A DNA stretch of 64,000 bases, taken from Aplysia californica. Its lineage: Eukaryota. The stretch lies in NCBI RefSeq assembly GCF_000002075.1, contig NW_004797329.1, forward strand, positions 92,457 through 156,456, written 5' to 3'. The position numbers were made by a program, and so were the translations under genes. Under the pieces are notes generated by a model, which saw nothing but the letters and a program-made list of their open reading frames with translations, did no database searches and had not been told where the DNA came from. Numbering within the stretch: position 1 is the first letter of the stretch; each line of letters starts with the position of its first letter. Positions 61,401 through 64,000 of this stretch are shown piece by piece.

Positions 61401-62627
61401 TGTTACCTTAGAAGTAAGGCATTCATCTCTTGCACTAAATCACCTAGTTTAATTCCTGGTTCATGTTGGCGTGGTTCCTGGATTATGTGAGTTTCATTTC
61501 GCTTCCATCTCCTATAAAAAGATGAAATTGGGTCAACAGGGGTGTAAGAAAAGGTGTTTTCAGTATGTAATTGTTTTAGCGCCTGTAAAATGGCTATATG
61601 CTTCACAGGAAGTTGAGACTGTTTCTGAATGTTTTCAAGTCTACTAGAGAATTAATATAGTTTGTAAAGTACCAAAGTGCATAGAGCTGTTGATTGTGAA
61701 TTTGCACTATACAAATGCTATTTGTGGTTAGTAAGATATGTACAAAAACAACTAAATTATATGGCATGAATCATTTTTTAAATCATTGTCTGTTCTTGAA
61801 TTGTCCCAGGAACAAGTGCACCAGGCAGGACTGGACGACATGCTGCGAGCTGACCGGCAGTCTTTGATCGATGAGGTGGACAGTCTGCACAACAGACTGC
61901 TGGAGGCCAAGCAGCACCTGCAGGACTCGCGGGACCAGCTCACGCAGCGCATCAACGATCTGGAGGCCGCCAAGGCAACGGCTGAGTGGAAGTTGCAGAG
62001 ACAGAGTGAGTGAATGTGTGTGTGTGTGTGTGTGAAAGGCAACCATTGAGTGGAAGCTGCAGAGACAAGCTTCTCAGAGAGAAGGAATATGTGTGTGTGT
62101 ATGTGTGAGTGTTTGTGGGCGTATGTTTATATTAAAAGCAACCAACCACTGCATGGAAGCTGCGGAGACAGAGTAAGTGAATGTGTGTGTGTGTGTTGTG
62201 TGTATTTTTGTATGTGTTTTTGATTGGGGGAGGGAGGCAGAGAGTATGTGTGTGTGCGTATGTTTATGTTTGTGGGTATTGTTTCTGGTTGGATATAGTA
62301 TGGGTTATTGTTTGTGTAGTTGGATGGGAAGTGTGAAAGTGAGCGTGTATATATTTGTGTGCCTGAGTGAACATGCTCTTTTTTCTGCACTGTGATTTCC
62401 TCAGTTCAACTCCTAGAGTACAAGCTGCAGCAGGAGGGTGTCATCCAGGAGGATCTCAAGAAGTCACTGCGTCTGGAACGGAACAGAGTCTCAGAGTTGT
62501 CCGCCCAGTCAGGCCAGGAGCGAACCCGAACCCTGGAGCTCCAGTCTGAGCTGTCGTCCACTCAGATACAGCTGTCCAAATTCCGAGATGCTCTGGAACG
62601 AGAGCAGCACCGTTTTTCTTCCGTCAC
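1041..62627 (+). CDS. AKAP9: AKAP9/pericentrin-like giant coiled-coil scaffold protein, partial (39 exons; 5' and 3' ends outside window)
   Basis: E/Q/K/L-rich heptad exons with AG/GT boundaries and compatible phases throughout. Motifs match my recollection of AKAP9/pericentrin blocks: [38 protein letters not shown]; [20 protein letters not shown]; [52 protein letters not shown]9 versus PCNT orthology is not resolvable (probably a single invertebrate co-ortholog). Confidence 0.88.
1429..1569 (+). mobile_element. family A short retroposon (internally deleted) with 13-bp TSD
   Basis: GGGTGGTTGGCGGGTGCTCTGG head, hairpin plus (AAAC) tail; CAAGATTTTCTGT at 1416-1428 and 1569-1581. Confidence 0.85.
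1869..1916. repeat. 24-bp tandem duplication
   Basis: TCTCCTATGAAAATACCCTTGTTG x2. Confidence 0.9.
2464..2650 (+). CDS. AKAP9: exon 2 (HDVSVEML...GADT)
   Basis: ctcag|CAT ... CTG|gtcagt, phase 0/1; an alternative in-frame donor at 2638 is possible. Confidence 0.8.
3212..3364. mobile_element. MITE, same family as 30835-31030
   Basis: taCAGCTGAACCTGCTCTAAC ... CACCTGTCTAAG ... ACAATTTCGACTa. Confidence 0.65.
3889..3944 (+). CDS. AKAP9: exon 3 ([19 protein letters not shown])
   Basis: strong polypyrimidine ctcag| and GAG|gtgagt, 56 nt, phase 1/0; not in the ORF track. Confidence 0.8.
4069..4125 (-). mobile_element. tail-only family A/B insertion with 10-bp TSD
   Basis: reverse complement of the hairpin and tail; AATATGTCTG at 4059-4068 and 4126-4135. 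Confidence 0.8.
4384..4486 (+). CDS. AKAP9: exon 4 ([10 protein letters not shown]...PSE)
   Basis: cacag| ... G|gtaagt, phase 0/1, open frame. Confidence 0.8.
4908..5120 (+). CDS. AKAP9: exon 5 ([10 protein letters not shown]...QEKE)
   Basis: tacag| ... G|gtgagc, phase 1/1. Confidence 0.85.
5493..6547 (+). CDS. AKAP9: exon 6 (1055 nt; coiled coil plus Ser/Asp-rich linker and poly-Asn)
   Basis: ttgcag| ... GAG|gtaagc, phase 1/0; contains the 325-aa ORF. Confidence 0.9.
7140..7425 (+). mobile_element. two tandem family A copies
   Basis: two (G/A)TGGTTGGCGGATG heads (about 7140 and 7271); tail ends about 88 nt before exon 7. Confidence 0.8.
7513..8224 (+). CDS. AKAP9: exon 7 ([14 protein letters not shown]...RLME)
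   Basis: cccag| ... G|gtatgt, phase 0/1. Confidence 0.9.
9146..9203 (-). mobile_element. tail-only family A/B insertion with 11-bp TSD
   Basis: CAAATTTTTCT at 9133-9143 and 9204-9214. Confidence 0.75.
9302..9423 (+). CDS. AKAP9: exon 8 (GVENGEHP...KEEK)
   Basis: accag| ... AAG|gtaatg, phase 1/0. Confidence 0.85.
9933..10097 (+). mobile_element. family A retroposon
   Basis: similar to the other copies; ends about 60 nt before exon 9. Confidence 0.8.
10158..10313 (+). CDS. AKAP9: exon 9 (KKFVERHRK...REYE)
   Basis: aacag| ... GAG|gtaaga, phase 0/0. Confidence 0.85.
10701..10884. mobile_element. Tc1/mariner-pogo type MITE, 184 bp
   Basis: perfect 15-bp TIR CAGTATAACACGGAT/ATCCGTGTTATACTG flanked by TA on both sides. 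Confidence 0.9.
11841..12153 (+). mobile_element. diverged family C SINE
   Basis: GGCCTAGTGATTAGG head, AATGGATACCCGGC, (TTA)n tail; colinear with 33697-34007. Confidence 0.75.
12956..13084 (+). CDS. AKAP9: exon 10, symmetric and possibly cassette ([13 protein letters not shown]...LSFQ)
   Basis: gacag| ... CAG|gtgtgc, 129 nt open frame, GC-rich coding-like, phase 0/0. Confidence 0.72.
14278..14508 (+). CDS. AKAP9: exon 11 ([10 protein letters not shown]...LKVQQ), ends at a GC donor
   Basis: tccag| ... CAG|gcaagt, phase 0/0. Confidence 0.8.
15077..15350 (+). mobile_element. family A copy plus a second 3' fragment
   Basis: full copy 15077-15257, tail fragment 15271-15350; ends 40 nt before exon 12. 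Confidence 0.8.
15391..15563 (+). CDS. AKAP9: exon 12 ([12 protein letters not shown]...RISAE)
   Basis: tacag| ... AG|gtaaag, phase 0/2. Confidence 0.85.
16633..16886 (+). CDS. AKAP9: exon 13 ([11 protein letters not shown]...RKGG)
   Basis: cacag| ... G|gtatgt, phase 2/1. Confidence 0.85.
17377..17570 (+). mobile_element. family A retroposon
   Basis: similar to the consensus of the other copies. Confidence 0.8.
17606..18014 (+). mobile_element. family B ~410-bp retroposon sharing the family A tail
   Basis: highly similar to 32128-32566; TSD AAACTGATAA at 17592 and 18015. Confidence 0.85.
18049..18207 (+). CDS. AKAP9: exon 14 (AADGDTSQ...GEEILT)
   Basis: ttccag| ... G|gtatgt, phase 1/1; in-frame alternative acceptors at 18055 and 18058. 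Confidence 0.85.
18210..18323 (+). mobile_element. 5'-truncated family A copy abutting the exon 14 donor
   Basis: gtccttacctctc...tgttactctattgtacc...gcttactaaaa. Confidence 0.65.
18437..18667 (+). CDS. AKAP9: exon 15 ([10 protein letters not shown]...LHKAE)
   Basis: tacag| ... G|gttagt, phase 1/1; AKAP9/PCNT-like conserved block. Confidence 0.9.
18748..19105. repeat. ~42-bp minisatellite, about 9 decaying units
   Basis: ATACATTCTGTTTAGTCTGTGTCTGGGATCTTCATACCATGC x3 nearly perfect, then shorter diverged units. Confidence 0.92.
19111..20083 (+). mobile_element. cluster of three diverged family A copies (19111-19168, 19457-19630, 19949-20083)
   Basis: each starts with a GTGGTTGG head and follows the family A body. 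Confidence 0.7.
21152..21364 (+). CDS. AKAP9: exon 16 (GLISGYRSE...GQEMQ)
   Basis: gccag| ... G|gttcct (weak donor), phase 1/1 joins exon 17 ALLQEV. Confidence 0.82.
21365..21492 (+). CDS. candidate alternative terminal extension of exon 16 ending in a hydrophobic tail and stop
   Basis: open read-through [44 protein letters not shown]-rich like the exon, followed by AATAAA. Confidence 0.45.
21535..21540 (+). promoter_or_regulatory. candidate intronic polyadenylation signal AATAAA
   Basis: about 43 nt after the TAG at 21490-21492; U/GU-rich tract near 21607-21635. Confidence 0.4.
21929..22152. mobile_element. decayed TA-flanked MITE
   Basis: ta|CAATAGAACC ... GGTTCAACTG|ta imperfect TIRs. 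Confidence 0.5.
25538..25582 (+). CDS. candidate 45-nt cassette microexon ([15 protein letters not shown])
   Basis: gcacag| ... CAG|gtttgt, phase 1/1 matches the host intron, no stop. Confidence 0.5.
28076..28308 (+). CDS. AKAP9: exon 17 (ALLQEVTSL...RAFVD)
   Basis: cacag| ... GAT|gtgagt, phase 1/0. Confidence 0.9.
28352..28447. repeat. (AAT)n microsatellite
   Basis: seen directly. Confidence 0.95.
29909..30028 (+). CDS. AKAP9: exon 18 ([11 protein letters not shown]...LQRE)
   Basis: gtcag| ... GAG|gtattt, phase 0/0. Confidence 0.88.
30417..30598 (+). mobile_element. family A retroposon
   Basis: ends about 23 nt before the exon 19 acceptor. Confidence 0.8.
30622..30741 (+). CDS. AKAP9: exon 19 (IADLTEQLQ...HDLK)
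   Basis: tccag| ... AAG|gtggga, phase 0/0. Confidence 0.85.
30835..31030. mobile_element. TA-flanked MITE (CAGTCGAACC-type ends)
   Basis: ta|CCGTCAAACC ... TTTCAACTG|ta, with internal CACCTGTCTAAGAC-like repeats shared with 3212-3364 and 36620-36790. Confidence 0.7.
31965..32120 (+). mobile_element. family A retroposon
   Basis: immediately followed by a family B copy. Confidence 0.82.
32128..32566 (+). mobile_element. family B retroposon
   Basis: TSD CTGCTGACC at 32121-32129 and 32567-32575; perfect GGCGCTC/GAGCGCC stem. Confidence 0.85.
32587..32865 (+). CDS. AKAP9: exon 20 (TWVSQLESE...QSEE)
   Basis: ctcag| ... GAG|gtaggg, phase 0/0. Confidence 0.85.
32928..33066. other. assembly gap (N run)
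   Basis: N bases. Confidence 1.
33697..34007 (-). mobile_element. tRNA-derived CORE-like SINE (family C)
   Basis: minus strand has A box TGGCCTAGTGG, B box GGTTCGAATCC, then TTGTGTCCTTGGGAAAGGCACTT...AATGGGTACCCGG and a TAT-type tail. Confidence 0.85.
34253..34438 (+). CDS. AKAP9: exon 21 (DLIHENRAL...KDAE)
   Basis: tccag| ... GAG|gtgaga, phase 0/0. Confidence 0.85.
34873..35010 (+). CDS. AKAP9: exon 22 (ISDLQSKTE...QSLK)
   Basis: gtcag| ... AAG|gttagt, phase 0/0. Confidence 0.85.
35855..36043 (+). mobile_element. family C SINE 3' half
   Basis: aagatcttgtcagt...gtaaagtgcatagagc...tattatgattatta. Confidence 0.7.
36463..36597 (+). CDS. AKAP9: exon 23 (SQLEELQ...[11 protein letters not shown]...KLQ)
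   Basis: cccag| ... CAG|gtgagg, phase 0/0. Confidence 0.85.
36620..36790. mobile_element. MITE fragment, same family as 30835-31030
   Basis: taTAGTCGAACCTGCTCTAACAGTCACCTGT...ATTATAATGACACTG. Confidence 0.65.
37105..37269 (+). CDS. AKAP9: exon 24 (VNVHSLKQQ...MTGR)
   Basis: cacag| ... CGA|gtaagt, phase 0/0. Confidence 0.85.
38313..38342 (+). CDS. candidate 30-nt microexon ([10 protein letters not shown])
   Basis: long pyrimidine tract, cacag| ... CCG|gtcagt, phase 0/0. Confidence 0.55.
41668..41773. repeat. 36-bp tandem repeat x3
   Basis: GGTTAGAGATATTTTAACATTCTTGTGTTCATAAAC. Confidence 0.92.
41797..41980 (+). mobile_element. family A retroposon
   Basis: TSD GTTTACTTT at 41785 and 41982. 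Confidence 0.82.
42296..42499 (+). CDS. AKAP9: exon 25 (TSIQQELED...EKEM)
   Basis: aacag| ... ATG|gtaagg, phase 0/0; exact acceptor less certain. Confidence 0.8.
42577..42778 (+). mobile_element. second tRNA-derived SINE family
   Basis: TAGCTTAGTTG A box, GGTTCGAATCC B box, non-tRNA body ending GGGCGTTAAACCC. Confidence 0.65.
42987..43115 (+). CDS. AKAP9: exon 26 (LKEAELVKL...ELLQ)
   Basis: cttag| ... CAG|gtacat, phase 0/0. Confidence 0.85.
43438..43557 (+). CDS. AKAP9: exon 27 (AQEERDRRQ...TNFQ)
   Basis: tgcag| ... CAG|gtgagc, phase 0/0. Confidence 0.85.
44466..44640 (+). mobile_element. family A retroposon
   Basis: imperfect 14-bp TSD AAACTTCGTCTTGT/AAACCTCATCTTGT; TACTAAC at 44627-44633. 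Confidence 0.85.
44678..44800 (+). CDS. AKAP9: exon 28 (QELQKDFD...LDTV)
   Basis: cacag| ... GTG|gtaggt, phase 0/0. Confidence 0.85.
47431..47544 (+). CDS. AKAP9: exon 29 (IQLEGLVAS...LDEM)
   Basis: gagcag| ... ATG|gtagag, phase 0/0. Confidence 0.8.
51606..53297 (+). CDS. AKAP9: exon 30 (1692-nt coiled-coil exon, GEAKGELE...KVTIK)
   Basis: ttcag| ... AAG|gtgagt, phase 0/0; within the 610-aa ORF. Confidence 0.92.
54123..54441 (+). CDS. AKAP9: exon 31 (EKETIIVSL...KAQS)
   Basis: cacag| ... G|gtgagt, phase 0/1. Confidence 0.87.
55444..55571 (+). CDS. AKAP9: exon 32 (ALEEMQGRQ...NDVQ)
   Basis: ttcag| ... CAG|gtaaat, phase 1/0. Confidence 0.85.
55947..56087 (+). CDS. AKAP9: exon 33 (SVREELQEE...RQLQ)
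   Basis: ttcag| ... CAG|gtaagt, phase 0/0. Confidence 0.87.
57766..57907 (+). mobile_element. 5'-truncated family A retroposon
   Basis: catctatcgtccttatctctcc... tail ends about 30 nt before exon 34. Confidence 0.75.
57935..58061 (+). CDS. AKAP9: exon 34 (ERKLEQALE...DREF)
   Basis: gacag| ... G|gtcagt, phase 0/1. Confidence 0.85.
59055..59110 (+). CDS. AKAP9: exon 35 ([19 protein letters not shown])
   Basis: aacag| ... TCG|gtgagt, 56 nt, phase 1/0, required to restore frame. Confidence 0.8.
59543..59666 (+). mobile_element. decayed family A copy
   Basis: tctttcctgccaaacatctgttgcccttatctctcc...ataaaactgttac. Confidence 0.55.
59839..60039 (+). CDS. AKAP9: exon 36 (ALLTRLNQ...WSEERRGL...RLVR)
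   Basis: cctag| ... AGG|gtgagt, phase 0/0. Confidence 0.88.
60175..60603. repeat. degenerate (CA)/(CATG)-rich low-complexity tract running into a gap
   Basis: seen directly. Confidence 0.85.
60604..60888. other. assembly gap (N run)
   Basis: N bases. Confidence 1.
60929..61090 (+). CDS. AKAP9: exon 37 ([12 protein letters not shown]...IHDL)
   Basis: atcag| ... CTG|gtaggt, phase 0/0. Confidence 0.88.
61121..61298 (-). mobile_element. full-length antisense family A retroposon
   Basis: reverse complement of family A; TSD TGGTCTTTC at 61111 and 61300. Confidence 0.82.
61525..61725 (+). mobile_element. family C SINE 3' half
   Basis: similar to 35855-36043 (ttagcgcct...tatgctt..caggaagttgaga...aaagtgcatagagc). 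Confidence 0.65.
61810..62005 (+). CDS. AKAP9: exon 38 (EQVHQAGL...KLQRQ)
   Basis: cccag| ... A|gtgagt, phase 0/1. Confidence 0.88.
62405..62627 (+). CDS. AKAP9: exon 39 ([10 protein letters not shown]...FSSV); gene continues past the window
   Basis: ctcag| ... AC|gtgagt, phase 1/2. Confidence 0.88.
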
Positions 62628-64000
62628 GTGAGTTGGGTTGTTTTTTCCCCCCTCTTTCTTTGTAGTTATGAGCATTCAACTTTCCTTATAAATCATTTTT
62701 TCTTTCAATCATTTGATTTTTGTTTGTTTGTTTTTTTTGTCCCTTTATTTATATCCCTTTTGTTCTGTGTTCTCTAGAATTAATTCGTTCAATCCAATTT
62801 TTATTTGCTTGTCGTACTTGTCTTTTCTCCCTGTTTCTTTCTCTGCTTCTTTCTTGTTCATTAGTCTTGTGCATTCAGGTTCTCCATCTTCCAACATTCT
62901 ATCTTCCACTCCCTTTTTGTCTTTCTCTTTGTGAACTTTTTGTCTTGGTCTCAGCATTTAAGTCTGATTTTTTTAAAGAAACAAGTGCACTCCACTGAAT
63001 GAACTGTCTTATTTTATTCCTTTTCTTTTGTTTTAACCGTTGAAAATGGTGCAAGAGAATTTTAGTGCCTATGTTTTTCTTACAATGGACACCAGCACTA
63101 TTGTTTTTATTCCAAAAGAAAAAAACTTCATACCGGAAACTGTACTTGTTTTTTGTTGTTCCCATCAAGGGCAGATGAGAGGTAGGAAAGCATAATAGTC
63201 TGCTCAGTGTTGAGGCAAACATTCAGGGGATATGGTATTTTTTTGTTGCTTTACACTCGCTGTTTTTGTTACGTTTCAATGCAAAATGCTTTGAAAGTGC
63301 AAGATCTATATATTTGCCTAAATTTGCCTCTCAACGAGATATGTCTTTCATTAGTGGAAAATATTATGTCAAATAGAATTTGATTTGTATCATGAGAGTT
63401 CCAAATATTTACTTGATTTTTATCAATTGTCTTCGTGGATTATAGTCTTTCGTTGCTCATCAGAAGGTAACCTAGCTGTTGCACTGCATTTCCTTCACAA
63501 CTGCATTCCATACATATATGCCACAGTCTTCATGCATCATCACATATCTGTTTAACCTTGCATCATCACCTATTTTTAAAAATGTCACCATGTCTGTAAG
63601 AAATGTCTGTGTGCAAGTTTGATATCAGGAGTCTCGTTCACATTTGATCACCATTTGACCACACATCGATTGCTTAGTGTAAGAAAAACTCTGTCATACT
63701 TCATTTTGAAAAGTGGCTTATGACAGAGTCTTACACTGTGCAGTCAATGTATGTTGAAGTCATCTCTCATATGGTCACTCTGAAGGAAGAAATTCTCTTG
63801 AAGTAGACTTTTTTAAATATCAGAAAAGAGAAAAGAAAAGCTGTCAGTGTAAAAGGGGAGTGCCGAAGAAGATATTCTACTGTTTCAGTAACATTTGCAC
63901 AGAAGAAAAGAATTTCATAACAAAGAAACAGGTTCTTGGTCTTGTCCTTGCCTATGTGCATGTAACTTCTCACTGTCAGCGTAACAATGAAGTATCTGCT

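Noticed and set aside
62628-64000. PACT domain exons
   Set aside because: No coding-like segment recognised; expected downstream of the window.

Overview
Animal (invertebrate, mollusc-like; taxon is a low-confidence guess) genomic DNA. The whole window is the internal part of one + strand multi-exon gene for a giant coiled-coil AKAP9/pericentrin-family centrosome/Golgi scaffold. I can join 39 frame-compatible exons (about 9.4 kb CDS, about 3,140 aa) plus two candidate in-frame microexons. The start codon and the C-terminal PACT domain are outside the window. The introns hold a stem-loop-tailed retroposon family (about 20 copies, strongly sense-biased, often ending just upstream of 3' splice sites), tRNA-derived SINEs, TA-flanked MITEs, mini/microsatellites and two assembly gaps. 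Most notable: (1) read-through of a weak donor at 21364 gives a stop plus AATAAA and a possible tail-anchored, PACT-less isoform; (2) retroposon tails sit at branch-point position and show a covarying 3' hairpin; (3) a GC-AG intron; (4) repeated local duplications of splice sites.
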